Shown: positions 36,484 to 46,713, counted from the first letter of the stretch. The stretch: 48,419 bases of DNA from Patulibacter sp. (GCA_015478825.1 JADMKN010000242.1:1-48419), one strand, 5' to 3'. A program made the numbers and translations. The notes: generated from the letters alone by a model not told the origin.

Positions 36484-38647
36484 GACCGACCCGGCCCTGG
36501 CCGGCGGTGGCTTCAGCGTCGGGGTCGACATCGGCGGGACGTTCACGGACTGCGCGGTGATCGGGACCGACGGCGCCTACTGGACGGGGAAGGTCGCGAC
36601 CACCCCCGACGCGCTGTCGGCGGGGTTCTTCGACGCCGTGGCCGCCGCCGCCGAGACGATGGGGCTGAGCTGCTCCGAGCTGCTCGGGAAGGCCACGCGG
36701 GTCGCCCACGGCACCACCGCCGGGATCAACGCGCTGGTCACCCGGACCGGCGCCGACGTCGGCCTGGTCGCGACCGCCGGCCACGGCGACGCGCTGCGGA
36801 TCATGGACAACAGCGGCCGCGTGACGGGCGCGTCGCTCGACGCGATGCTCGACTACTCGGCGTCGTCGATCCCCGAGCAGTTCATCGCTCGTTCCCGCGT
36901 CCGCGAGGCGATCGAGCGGATCGACTGCACGGGCGAGGTGGTCGTGCCGCTCGACGAGCCGGCCCTGCGCGCGAGCCTGCGGGGGCTGGCCGAGGATGGG
37001 GCCCGGGCGATCGCCGTGTCGCTGCTCTGGAGCCACGTCAATCCGGCGCACGAGCAGCGGGTCCGCGAGATCGCGGCGGAGGAGCTGCCGGGCCTCTTCG
37101 TCACGTGCAGTCACGAGATCGCTCCGCGGATCGGCGAGTACCCGCGCACCGCGACGACCGTGATGAACGCCTACATCGGGCCGCTGATGGGGCGCTACCT
37201 CGACGCGCTCGAGACCCGCGCCCGGGAGCTCGGCTGCCGCACGGAGATCGTCTTCGCCACCTGCGAGGGCGGGCTCGTCGACCTCGAGACCGTCCGTCGG
37301 TACCCGCTGCTGACCGCCCAGTCCGGGCCGGTCGGCGGCGCCTTGGCCTCTGCGACGTTGGGAACGCACATGGGATTCGACAACGTCATCGCGACCGACA
37401 TGGGAGGCACCAGCCTTGACGCGTCGCTGATCGAGCACGGCCGGGTCGGCCTGACCGACGAGACGGTGGTCGAGCGTCACCAGGTCTACCTGCGCAAGCT
37501 CGCCGTCGAGTCGATCGGGACCGGCGGCGGCAGCGTCGCGTGGTTCGACGAGGGCAAGCAGACCCTGCGCGTCGGCCCGCGTAGCGCGGGCGCCGTGCCG
37601 GGACCGGTCTGCTACCGCCGCGGCGGGACGGAGCCGACGGTGACGGACGCCGACCTGGTGCTCGGGCTGCTCGGCACCGACGGGCCGCTCGCCAGCGGCC
37701 TGACCCTGGACTACGACGCGGCGGTCGAGTCGATCATGGAGCTCGGCGAGCGGATCGGGCTGGGCCCGGTCGAGTGCGCCGCCGGGATCGTGCGGATCGC
37801 CGACAACCAAATGGAGGACCTGCTGCGGCGGATGACCGTGCAGCAGGGCCGCGACCCGCGCGAGTTCAACGTCTGGGCGTTCGGTGGGGCGGCGGGGCTG
37901 CACGGCGGGCTCTACGCGGCCGGCCTCGGCGTCGAGGAGGTCACTGTCCCGCTGGCCGAGCTCGCCTCGGTCTGGTCGGCCTACGGGATCGCGTCGGCCG
38001 ACATGGCCCGGACCTTCCAGCGCCCGACGCACATCCCGACGCCGCTCGACGCGGATCGCGTGCTCGAGGCGTTCCGGATGCTCGAAGCTGACGCGGAGCG
38101 GTACCGCGAGCGCGTCGGGCTGGCGGCCGACGACGTGGTCCTGCACCGCTCGCTCGAGATGAAGTACGCGATGCAGTGGTACAGCGTCGAGGTGCCGCTC
38201 GGCGCGGAGCCCGTCGACGCGGCCGCGGTGGCGCAGATCCCGGAGCGCTTCGCGGCCGCGTACGAGCAGCGCTACGGCGCGGGCACCGGCTACGGCGAGG
38301 GCGGGATGATCGTCACCACCGCGCGCGTCACGATGTCCGTGCCGACCACGGTGCCGCGTCCGCCGCGCCGGCCGACGACGCCGCGTCAGCCGACGACGCC
38401 GACCCGCCGCGCCGTCTACTGGCTGGAGCGCAAGCGGTTCGTCGACACGCCCGTCTACGCGGGCAAGGAGCTGCGGCCGGGCGACCAGGTCAACGGTCCG
38501 GCGATCATCGAGTACGCCGCCACCACCGTCGCCGTGCGGCCGGGACACCGGATGGTCGTCGACGACTTCGGAAACCTGGTGATCACGATCGGAGCGGCGC
38601 TGCTCGGCGAGCGCGGGCCGTCGCGGCGCCGCGAGGTCGAGGCGTGA
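36470..38647 (+). CDS. Hydantoinase A/oxoprolinase family ATP-dependent subunit (acetone carboxylase beta-like)
   Basis: VDIGGTFTD, HGTT..NAL, SGPVGG, DMGGTS, GPRSAGAVPGPVCY, TVTDADLVLG, FGGAAGLH. Confidence 0.93.
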   Translation: MTARETDPALAGGGFSVGVDIGGTFTDCAVIGTDGAYWTGKVATTPDALSAGFFDAVAAAAETMGLSCSELLGKATRVAHGTTAGINALVTRTGADVGLVATAGHGDALRIMDNSGRVTGASLDAMLDYSASSIPEQFIARSRVREAIERIDCTGEVVVPLDEPALRASLRGLAEDGARAIAVSLLWSHVNPAHEQRVREIAAEELPGLFVTCSHEIAPRIGEYPRTATTVMNAYIGPLMGRYLDALETRARELGCRTEIVFATCEGGLVDLETVRRYPLLTAQSGPVGGALASATLGTHMGFDNVIATDMGGTSLDASLIEHGRVGLTDETVVERHQVYLRKLAVESIGTGGGSVAWFDEGKQTLRVGPRSAGAVPGPVCYRRGGTEPTVTDADLVLGLLGTDGPLASGLTLDYDAAVESIMELGERIGLGPVECAAGIVRIADNQMEDLLRRMTVQQGRDPREFNVWAFGGAAGLHGGLYAAGLGVEEVTVPLAELASVWSAYGIASADMARTFQRPTHIPTPLDADRVLEAFRMLEADAERYRERVGLAADDVVLHRSLEMKYAMQWYSVEVPLGAEPVDAAAVAQIPERFAAAYEQRYGAGTGYGEGGMIVTTARVTMSVPTTVPRPPRRPTTPRQPTTPTRRAVYWLERKRFVDTPVYAGKELRPGDQVNGPAIIEYAATTVAVRPGHRMVVDDFGNLVITIGAALLGERGPSRRREVEA

Positions 38648-40965
38648 CGACGCGCGCGCAGCGGGACAGCGCGCGCTGGGAGAGCCTGGTCAACGGCTAC
38701 ATCCCCGGCGAGCACCTCGAACTACCGGACGATCTGCCGATCCACGACAGCGCCGCGGACGAGATCGACCCGATCACCTTCGAGGTCATCCGGCTGAAGC
38801 TCTGGAACCTCAACTGGGACCATCAGGAGACGCTGCGGCGGACGTCCGGGTCGCTGGTCGTGATCCAGGGGTTCGACTTCAATACCTCGATCCAGACCGA
38901 GCTCGGCGAGGGCGTGGTCTTCGGGCCCGGCAACCTGTTCTTCGCCGGCAGCGCGGACCTGGTCGTCCAGTGGACGTTGGAGCACCGCGCGGGCAACGTC
39001 GGGGTCAACCCGGGCGACATCTTCATCCAGGACGACCCGTGGGTCGGCACCAACCACGCGATGGACGCCGCGGTCTACCGGCCGGTGTTCGTCGACGGCA
39101 AGCTGTTCTCGTGGGTCTACAACGTGACCCACCAGCGCGAGCTCGGAGGCGTCGAGCCCGGGGGCTTCGTCCAGGGCGCTCCCGACGTCCACTCCGAGTC
39201 GACGTTCTGGCCGCCGGTCAAGCTGGGCGAGAACGGCGTCCCCCGCGAGGATCTGATGGAGGCGTGGATCCGCCGTTCGCGGCTCCCGCAGCTGATGGCG
39301 ATCGAGCTGCGGGCCCAGCTCGCGGGCGTCCACGTCGCCCACGACCGGCTGCTCGAGATCGTCGAGCGCTACGGCGCCGACGTGGTCAAGGGCGTGATGC
39401 GGCGGATGATCACCAACACCGCGGACGTGGTCGGCCGCCGGCTGCAGGCGATCCCCGACGGGACCTGGACCGACGAGCGCTACGTGACCGGCGCGTCGCC
39501 GACCGATCCCGGGCTCTACCGGTTCGTGATGCGCTTCGAGGTCCGCGGCGACCGGCTGCTGGTCTCGAACGAGGGGACGTCACCGCCGACGGGCTCGTTC
39601 AACATGCCGCGCGGGGTCTTCCGTGCGGCCGTGGTCAGCGCGCTGCTGCACTTCCTGGCCTGGGACCAGCAGCTCTGCGGCGCGGGGCTGCTGCGTCAGC
39701 TCGACTTCGCGCTCGCCGACAACGCGATCAACTCCGCGCGGCACCCCCACGCGATCAGCACGTCGCTCGGGCTCACCCTGACGCTCAACCAGGCGCACCA
39801 CCTCGGCGCCAAGCTGGTCTCCGGGACCGAGGAAGGCGCCCGTCACGCGTACGCCTCGTCGGGCGAGCACTCGTTGCTGCTCAACCAGCTCTCGGGGATC
39901 GACCAGTACGGCGCGCCGTTCGCGAGCTTCCCGTTCGACGGCACCACCGGCGCGATCGGCGCGTTCGGCTGGCGCGACGGGATCGACCACGGCGGAACCA
40001 GCTTCTCGACCACCAATCCGCTCGGCAGCGTCGAGGCGTACGAGCAGGAGGTGCCGTTCCTCTATCTGTACCGCAAGGAACGCAGCGACTCCGGCGGCCA
40101 CGGGCAGTGGCGCGGGGGCGCGACGATCGTGTCCGCCTGGACCGGCCACGGGTCCGACGAGGTCTACATCTCGTCGGGAGGGATGCACCAGAGCGTGACC
40201 CAGGGCCTCGGCCTGAACGGCGGGCTACCCAGCACCGGGGGCCGGATGTGGCGGGCGGAGGACACCGGGGTGCTCGACGCGTTCGCGCGCGGCGAGGTCC
40301 CGAGCAGCCCGGAGGCGCTGCGCGCGCTCGGCACGGGCGGCCCGCCGCCGCCGAAGAAGTTCGACAACCGGCTGCGACCGGGCGATCTGTTCGAGACGAT
40401 GCCCCAGCCGGGCGCCGGGTTCGGCGATCCGCTGCGGCGCGACCTCGAGACGGTCGGCGCGGACCTCGACCAGGGCCGCCTGTCGCCGACGGACGCCGAG
40501 CGGATCTACGGCGCGCGGATCGGCGAGGATGGCTCGATCGACGCGGTCGCCAGCGAGACGCTGCGGAGCGAGATCCGCGCCGGTCGGTTGCGCGACGCGC
40601 GGGCGCCCCGGACGCCCCGCGACGGCACGGTCGCCGCCGAGGCGCTGGTGACCGCGGCCGTGGGCGCGGGACGCGGGCCGCACGGCGTGGAGCTGGTCTG
40701 CCGGAGCTGCGAGCGGGTGCTCGGCGCGGCCGAGCGCGGCTACCGCGGCGGCTGCTGCGAGCAGGAGCAGCCGCTGACGGCCCTCGGCCCGTACTTCGAG
40801 GATCCCGAGCAGCAGGTCGGCGAGACGATCGTCCTGCGGATCTACCGCTGTCCCGGGTGCGCGGCCAACCTCGACAGCGAGGTCTGTCGTCCGGGCGACC
40901 AGCCGTTCGAGGACGTGACCCTCGACGCCGACGCCTTCGTGCGGCGGTTCACATCCCCGGGGTGA
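38644..40965 (+). CDS. Hydantoinase B/oxoprolinase subunit fused to an acetone-carboxylase gamma-like Zn domain
   Basis: GTGA overlap; DPITFEVI, PGDIFIQDDPWVGTNHAMD, DSGGHGQWRGG, GAGFGDPLRR; C-terminal CRSC...YRCPGC. Confidence 0.9.
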   Translation: MTTRAQRDSARWESLVNGYIPGEHLELPDDLPIHDSAADEIDPITFEVIRLKLWNLNWDHQETLRRTSGSLVVIQGFDFNTSIQTELGEGVVFGPGNLFFAGSADLVVQWTLEHRAGNVGVNPGDIFIQDDPWVGTNHAMDAAVYRPVFVDGKLFSWVYNVTHQRELGGVEPGGFVQGAPDVHSESTFWPPVKLGENGVPREDLMEAWIRRSRLPQLMAIELRAQLAGVHVAHDRLLEIVERYGADVVKGVMRRMITNTADVVGRRLQAIPDGTWTDERYVTGASPTDPGLYRFVMRFEVRGDRLLVSNEGTSPPTGSFNMPRGVFRAAVVSALLHFLAWDQQLCGAGLLRQLDFALADNAINSARHPHAISTSLGLTLTLNQAHHLGAKLVSGTEEGARHAYASSGEHSLLLNQLSGIDQYGAPFASFPFDGTTGAIGAFGWRDGIDHGGTSFSTTNPLGSVEAYEQEVPFLYLYRKERSDSGGHGQWRGGATIVSAWTGHGSDEVYISSGGMHQSVTQGLGLNGGLPSTGGRMWRAEDTGVLDAFARGEVPSSPEALRALGTGGPPPPKKFDNRLRPGDLFETMPQPGAGFGDPLRRDLETVGADLDQGRLSPTDAERIYGARIGEDGSIDAVASETLRSEIRAGRLRDARAPRTPRDGTVAAEALVTAAVGAGRGPHGVELVCRSCERVLGAAERGYRGGCCEQEQPLTALGPYFEDPEQQVGETIVLRIYRCPGCAANLDSEVCRPGDQPFEDVTLDADAFVRRFTSPG

Positions 40966-41057
40966 CCCGCGGACCCCGGCAGTTTCGGCGCCGGCGAGCG
41001 CCACTTTCGCAACCCAACGAGCACAACGTCGGCCTCGGTCGGCGAGAGGAGAGAGCA

Positions 41058-42140
41058 ATGTTCAAGGCAACGCGTCGTCGCTTGGCGACGGCAGCGGCAC
41101 TAGCGCTGACGGTGGGCGGACTCGCGGCGTGCGGGTCCGACTCGGACGACGGCACGACCTCGACCGCGGCGGCCGGAGGGGGCGCCGGGGTCGAGAAGCG
41201 GACGATCGGCTATGTCGACAACCTGCACAGCGGACCGATGCAGCAGCGCTGGTTCAACTACTTCACCGCCGCGACCGACAAGCTCGGCTGGGACGTGCGG
41301 CTGCAGGACGCCAAGGGCGACGCCGCGCTCGGCGCCAAGCAGGGGGTCAACCTGGTCAACCAGGGCGTCGACGCGCTCGTGATCTCGTGCTTCGACACCG
41401 CCCCGATGCGCCCGGCGATCAACGCGGCGAAGAAGAAGGACATTCCGGTCCTGAGCGTCGGCTGCCCGCTTCCCGAGCAGGAGGCGTGGGACGCGGTCTA
41501 CCACCAGGACGACAACGCGCTGAGCACGACCCTCGCCGAGTACGTCGAGAGCCAGGCGCCGCCGAGTGGCGGCAAGATCGGCGTGCTCTACGACGACCAG
41601 CTGCTGTCGGGACGCCTGCGCAACGACGTGTTCGAGGCGACGATGAAGGACAGCGACACCGAGATCGTCGGGTCCGAGGCGGTCGGCCTGACCGACATCG
41701 AGAGCCGCGCCCGCAAGGCGTCCAACGCGTTCCTCAGCGCCAACCCCGATCTGACCGGGATCGTCGCGATCTACGACATCTACGCCCCGCCCGCGGTCTC
41801 GGCGATCAAGGCCGCCAAGCGCACCGACGACGTCAGCGTCTACGCCTACTACGCCAACGCCAACAACCTGCCGCCGCTGATCGACGAGCAGTCGCCGCTG
41901 CAGGCCCTCGTCGACGGCCCGGTCGAGCAGGTCTCGCTGGTCGCGGTCGACCAGCTGCTCTCGCACTTCGAGAAGGGCACGCCGCTCGACCCGAAGGCCG
42001 CCGACGCCCTCGACGTCAACTACGACATCTACACCAAGGACGACCACCCGGAGCTGACCGAGGACTACATCACGCCCTACCCGGTCGACGAGTACCTGGC
42101 GCCCTACGTCGAGAAGTGGCAGCAGGAGTACGGGCTCTAG
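41058..42140 (+). CDS. Sugar-type ABC transporter substrate-binding lipoprotein
   Basis: GAGGAG RBS; lipobox LAAC; RbsB-like motifs (NLVNQGVDALVI, AKKKDIPV). Confidence 0.88.
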   Translation: MFKATRRRLATAAALALTVGGLAACGSDSDDGTTSTAAAGGGAGVEKRTIGYVDNLHSGPMQQRWFNYFTAATDKLGWDVRLQDAKGDAALGAKQGVNLVNQGVDALVISCFDTAPMRPAINAAKKKDIPVLSVGCPLPEQEAWDAVYHQDDNALSTTLAEYVESQAPPSGGKIGVLYDDQLLSGRLRNDVFEATMKDSDTEIVGSEAVGLTDIESRARKASNAFLSANPDLTGIVAIYDIYAPPAVSAIKAAKRTDDVSVYAYYANANNLPPLIDEQSPLQALVDGPVEQVSLVAVDQLLSHFEKGTPLDPKAADALDVNYDIYTKDDHPELTEDYITPYPVDEYLAPYVEKWQQEYGL

Positions 42141-42173
42141 GGCCCTCGGGGGAAGCGACGAACGAGCCATCCC

Positions 42174-43118
42174 ATGACGGTCGGGTTCGGATCGGTCCTG
42201 CGGTACGCGGTCTTCGGCGCGTTCGCGCTGATGGTCGTGGTCTTCGTGGCCCTGCGACCCGACGAGTTCGCGCAGATCTCGACGCTGCGCTCGATCCTCG
42301 ACGACGCGGCGGTGCTCGCCGTCGCGGCGGCGGGGCTGACGGTGGTCCTCGCCGTCGGCGAGTTCGACCTCTCGTTCGGCAGCATCGCCGGGTTCGCGGG
42401 GGCGGTGGCCGTCTACGCGATGGTCACGCTCGACGTCCCGATCGTCCCGGCGCTGCTGCTGGCGGTGCTCGCCGCCCTGCTGGCGGGTGGCGTCAACGGC
42501 GGGCTCGTCGCCTACGGGCGCGTGCCGGCGCTGATCGGCACGTTGGCGGTCGGCTCGGTGGTGCTCGGGCTCGAGCGCGCGCTGATGGACGACAAGACGG
42601 TCTACGACGGGATCCCCGCGGGGTTCCTGAAGATCACCGAGAGCGAGCTGCTCGGGTTGCCGGTGACGATCTACATCTCGCTGGCGGTCGTCGCGGCGGT
42701 CGGCACGTTCCTCAGCTTCACCGTGCCCGGGCGGTGGATCTACGCGACGGGCAGCGGCGAGGACGCGGCGCGGATCTCGGGCATCCGGACCCGGCGGGTG
42801 CGGATGCTGGCCTTCGCGATCGGCGCGCTCTGCGCGGCGATCGCGGGCGTGCTGTTGATGTCGCGCGGCGCCTCCTACTACCCCAGCGCGGGCGTCGGCC
42901 TGCTGTTGCCCGCGTACTCGGCCTGCTTCCTCGGCTGGAGCGCGGCCTCGTCCGGCCGGTTCCACCCGGTCCATACGTACTTCGGCGTGATCTTCATGGG
43001 CACGATGACCACGGGGCTGATCATGCTCCAGGTCGCCTCCTGGGTCACCGACCTGGTCCAGGGCCTGGTTCTCGGCATCGCGGTCTTGATCGCCCGGAGC
43101 GTCAGGCGGACGGCGTGA
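42174..43118 (+). CDS. Sugar-type ABC permease (RbsC family)
   Basis: GEFDLSFG; GRWIYATGSGEDAARISGI; hydrophobic. Confidence 0.9.
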   Translation: MTVGFGSVLRYAVFGAFALMVVVFVALRPDEFAQISTLRSILDDAAVLAVAAAGLTVVLAVGEFDLSFGSIAGFAGAVAVYAMVTLDVPIVPALLLAVLAALLAGGVNGGLVAYGRVPALIGTLAVGSVVLGLERALMDDKTVYDGIPAGFLKITESELLGLPVTIYISLAVVAAVGTFLSFTVPGRWIYATGSGEDAARISGIRTRRVRMLAFAIGALCAAIAGVLLMSRGASYYPSAGVGLLLPAYSACFLGWSAASSGRFHPVHTYFGVIFMGTMTTGLIMLQVASWVTDLVQGLVLGIAVLIARSVRRTA

Positions 43119-44641
43119 GCTCTCCCTCGGCGTCCGCCCCTCCCGCGTTGCTCCTGGAGGGGATCGTCAAGCGGTTCGGCAGCGCCTACGCGCTGCGCGA
43201 CGGCCAGCTCCGCGTCGAGCCGGGGACGATCCACGGCGTCGTCGGCCCGAACGGGGCGGGCAAGTCCACGTTGCTGCGCGTCGGATCCGGGCAGCTCGTC
43301 CCCGACGTGGGAACGGTCGCGGTCGACGGCGTCGCGATCGCGCTGCGCGGTCCGCGCGCCGCGCTGCGCGCCGGGATCGCGATGATGCCGCAGGAGCAGA
43401 CGGTGGTTCCCGGCTTGACCGTCGAGGAGAACGTGTCGCTCGGCCACGAGCCGTCGCGCGGCGGCGTCGTCCGCCGGGGCGCGCGGCGGACGCGCGTGCG
43501 GGAGACGCTCGAGCGGATCGGCATCGCGATCGATCCCCGGGCCCCGATCGACGAGCTGACCGCCGCCGAGCAGCGGATGACGATGCTGGCGCGGGCGCTC
43601 TACAGCGGCGCGCGGGTGCTGGTGCTCGACGAGCCGACGGCGGCACTACGGCGCGAGGACGCCGAGCGGTTGCTCGACACGGTCACGGCGGCGCGGGACG
43701 CGGGCACGGCGATCGTCTACGTGTCGCACCGGTTCGCCGAGATCGAGCGACTCTGCGACGCCGTCACGGTGCTTCGCGACGGCTCGACCGTCGACCGCCT
43801 GGTCGGCGTCGCGATCACCGCGGACGCGCTGGTCCGCGCGGTCGTGACCGAAGGGGCGATCGACGATGTCGCCGACGGCCGACGCACTTCATCGCCGGCG
43901 TCGGACCTGCCGACCGTGGCGCGGCTGCGGGGCATCACCGGTCGCGAGCTGCACGGGGTCGACCTCGACGTCCGGGCGGGCGAGATCGTCGGCGTCTGCG
44001 GCCTGGCCGGATCCGGGGTGACCGAGCTGCTGGAGGCGCTGGGCGGGGTCGTCGGGCCGGGAGCCGGTCACGTCGAGGTCGACGGGGCCGTTCGGCGGTT
44101 CCGCGAGCCCCACGACGCGCTGCGCCGGGGGATCGCGTTCCTCCCGGCCGAGCGATCGCGGGCGGGCATGCTCGACCGCCCGGTGCGCGAGAACCTGCTG
44201 GTCGCGCGGATGGACGACGTCGCGGTGCGGGGGTTCGTCACCAACGGCCGCGAGCGACGGGCGGCGCATCCTGCGCTGGCGTCGTTCGGGCTCGCCGATC
44301 GGGCCGACGATCCGCTCGGCGCCCTGTCGGGCGGCAACCGCCAGAAGGTGCTGCTCGGGCGCTGCGTGCGCGCGGACGCGCGGGTGGTCGTGCTCGACGA
44401 CCCGACCGTCGGCGTCGACGTGGGGGCCCGGCAGGAGATCCACCGGTCGATCGTGGCGCTGGCCGACGCGGGCCGCGCGGTGGTCGTCGCGGCGAGCGAG
44501 GTCGAGGAGCTGGCCGCGGTCGCCGACCGGGTGGTCGTGCTGGTGCGCGGCCGGATCGCGGCGGAGCTGTCCGGTGACGCGCTGACGCCGGAGCGGCTGG
44601 TCGAGCGGGTGACGGTCGAGGCCGCAGCCCCGTCGACCTGA
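43115..44641 (+). CDS. Sugar-type ABC ATPase (RbsA family, tandem domains)
   Basis: GPNGAGKST, LDEPTAAL, YVSHR, LSGGNRQK, DDPTVGVDVGA. Confidence 0.92.
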   Translation: MSSPSASAPPALLLEGIVKRFGSAYALRDGQLRVEPGTIHGVVGPNGAGKSTLLRVGSGQLVPDVGTVAVDGVAIALRGPRAALRAGIAMMPQEQTVVPGLTVEENVSLGHEPSRGGVVRRGARRTRVRETLERIGIAIDPRAPIDELTAAEQRMTMLARALYSGARVLVLDEPTAALRREDAERLLDTVTAARDAGTAIVYVSHRFAEIERLCDAVTVLRDGSTVDRLVGVAITADALVRAVVTEGAIDDVADGRRTSSPASDLPTVARLRGITGRELHGVDLDVRAGEIVGVCGLAGSGVTELLEALGGVVGPGAGHVEVDGAVRRFREPHDALRRGIAFLPAERSRAGMLDRPVRENLLVARMDDVAVRGFVTNGRERRAAHPALASFGLADRADDPLGALSGGNRQKVLLGRCVRADARVVVLDDPTVGVDVGARQEIHRSIVALADAGRAVVVAASEVEELAAVADRVVVLVRGRIAAELSGDALTPERLVERVTVEAAAPST

Positions 44642-44691
44642 GCAGTCGGACGCGGAGCCGGAGTCGGCCCCGCGTCACCCGGCGGCGTGGA

Positions 44692-44916
44692 CTACGCCGC
44701 GACCTTGAGGCGCTCGGCGCGCGGGGCCTCGTCCGCGACCGGCTCGGTCACCGGAGCCGGCTGGGCGACGTTGGCGACGTCCTCGCCGTGGAGCGCGGCG
44801 ATCACCTTGGTCACGAAGGCGTCGTGCCGCACGCTCTCGTACACCTTGGTCGGGCGCCCCTCGGCGTACTCGGTCACGAGCCAGGACTTCGTCGGGCGGG
44901 TCGGAAGAAGTTGCAT
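44692..44916 (-). CDS. Small hypothetical protein (74 aa)
   Basis: GC3-biased codons and normal composition; fills the gap after the ABC operon; no family recognised. Confidence 0.55.
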   Translation of the reverse strand: MQLLPTRPTKSWLVTEYAEGRPTKVYESVRHDAFVTKVIAALHGEDVANVAQPAPVTEPVADEAPRAERLKVAA

Positions 44917-44994
44917 CGTGCATACGACGGTATGACCTGCAGCCCGACCCGAGTGTGACGTTCCTACCCGCCGTCCGTGACGTCGGTCACGTGC

Positions 44995-45360
44995 TCAGGT
45001 CTGCGGCGCGTAGCGGTGGTGCAGCATCAGGTCGTTGCCGTCGGGGTCGGTGAACAGCGCCATGTGGCAGACCCCGGTGTCGAGCGTCGGCGCGACGAAG
45101 GTCACTCCGGCCGCCTCGAGCTCCTCCCGGGCGCTCGCGACGTCCTCGACGTGGAGCGCCAGGTGAGCGTTCTTCTGGGGCTGGAACGGCATGCCCTGCT
45201 TCTCCGGCTCCCAGATCCCCAGGCAGGTGTCCCCGACCCAGAACTCGTACTCGCTGTGGGGATCGGCCGGCAGGCCCAGCGTCTCGCCGTAGAACCGCCG
45301 CGAGCGGTCGGGGTCCTGCGTCGGGATGCCGACGAAGTCGAGCTTGGTGATGGCGACCAC
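44995..45360 (-). CDS. VOC/glyoxalase family protein
   Basis: AGGAG RBS; DPDRSRRFYGETLGL, HLALHVEDV, FTDPDGNDL. Confidence 0.9.
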   Translation of the reverse strand: MVAITKLDFVGIPTQDPDRSRRFYGETLGLPADPHSEYEFWVGDTCLGIWEPEKQGMPFQPQKNAHLALHVEDVASAREELEAAGVTFVAPTLDTGVCHMALFTDPDGNDLMLHHRYAPQT

Positions 45361-45439
45361 GGTGTCTCCTCGGGAGTGGGGTGCGGGTGCACCAGGTCTA
45401 TCCGATGATCCGGTCGCGCGGTGACCGGATTCGGTGAAG

Positions 45440-46567
45440 TCAGTTCGCAGAGGCGACCTCGACGTCGGTGCCGAGGAAGTGGCCGTAGCGCCGGGCGGCG
45501 CGCTCCAGGCCTCCGACCGCCGCCTTCGGCAGCGCTCCCTCGAACGCCGTCGCGGTGACGACGGTGCGCCGGGTCAACGCGCGCTTGCCCCACAGGCCGA
45601 CCACCAGCCCACGGTGCACGACTGTGGCCTTGAAGACGCCGTTGTTGCCGGGCACGATTCGCGGCGCGTGCTCGCGAGGCACGACGGGGTCGCGGTCGCC
45701 GTGACCGAGCACCCACTCGTCGAACCCCGGCAGCAGCAGCGTGGCGTGCGGCTTCTCGTCCGCGACGCGGTCGAGCGTCGGAGCGTGCGCCCAGTGCGGG
45801 ACGCCGCCGACGTCGAACGTCGTCAGCTCGCCGCGGACGACGTCGATCCCCCGGCGCAGGTCGCGCAGCGGCAGCTTGGTCCACCACGCCAGATCGGCCT
45901 CGGGGCTCGGGCCGTGGGCCGTCAGGTAGCGACGGACCAGCTCGCCGAGCGCCTCGTCTCCGTCCAGTCGGCGTGGGGCGGGGATCCACTCGTCGATCAG
46001 CACGAACTGCTGCTCGTTGCCGTCGAACGGGCCGAGCACGATCGTGCCGCGCAGACTCAGCGTCCACAGCAGGTGGTACCCGCGGCCCCCGTCGACCGCG
46101 ATCCCCGCGCCGGCGAACGCGTCGAGCAACGCCTGGCGGCCGAGAGCGCGTCCCCCGAACAGGACGTCCTGCGCGACGCCCGCGGCGGCGGCGAGCGTCG
46201 CATCGTCCAGCTCGAGCTCCCGGCGGCGCTTGGCGAAGGCGCGCAGCGAGCGCTCCGCGGTGAGCCCCAGCACCCACGGCAGGTCGGCGGCGCCCAGCGC
46301 GAACAACGTCCCGCGGAACGGCCAGCTACGCACGATCTCGCCGCGGTCGAAGGCGGAGCGGACGTCGTCCAGCGTGCCGCTCGGCGTCCGCAGCCCGATC
46401 GACCACAGCGCTCCCGGCAGGTCCTGTCCCTGCAGCGCGAACAGCCGGTCGACCACGGTCGACGCGGCGTCGCCGTCCGGACCGCCGAGCCCCTCGCGAC
46501 CGAACCCCTGACTGAGCAGCCGCAGCCGGCGCAGCTCGGGCAGGGTGAGCGTCGGTCCGGTGGACAT
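45440..46567 (-). CDS. AlkZ-like HTH_42 DNA glycosylase
   Basis: LQGQD (QxQ motif), RSWPFRGTLF, RYLTAHGP..DLAWW, LLPGFDEWVLG; GATACT -10 box 6 nt before the ATG. Confidence 0.85.
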   Translation of the reverse strand: MSTGPTLTLPELRRLRLLSQGFGREGLGGPDGDAASTVVDRLFALQGQDLPGALWSIGLRTPSGTLDDVRSAFDRGEIVRSWPFRGTLFALGAADLPWVLGLTAERSLRAFAKRRRELELDDATLAAAAGVAQDVLFGGRALGRQALLDAFAGAGIAVDGGRGYHLLWTLSLRGTIVLGPFDGNEQQFVLIDEWIPAPRRLDGDEALGELVRRYLTAHGPSPEADLAWWTKLPLRDLRRGIDVVRGELTTFDVGGVPHWAHAPTLDRVADEKPHATLLLPGFDEWVLGHGDRDPVVPREHAPRIVPGNNGVFKATVVHRGLVVGLWGKRALTRRTVVTATAFEGALPKAAVGGLERAARRYGHFLGTDVEVASAN

Positions 46568-46680
46568 GCGGGCAGTATCGCGACGCCGTCGACCGGGCGT
46601 CCACGCGAGTGCGCGCCTGACGCGCTCGATCCGGGCGAACGGCACGCCGGTGCGGCCCCGAGCAGCAGCCGCCCCGGGGT

Positions 46681-46704
46681 GTTGCGCGTCGACGCAGTGG
46701 GTAC
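46681..46704 (+). promoter_or_regulatory. SigB/SigF-type stress promoter
   Basis: GTTG-N14-GGGTAC, 9 nt before ATG 46714. Confidence 0.45.
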
Positions 46705-46713
46705 GCGACGGGC

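Noticed and set aside
38970-44641. Apparent giant fusion ORFs (1056 aa and 1170 aa)
   Set aside because: The N-terminal extensions are off-frame overlaps; real starts are 41058 (RBS, lipobox) and 43115 (GTGA overlap).
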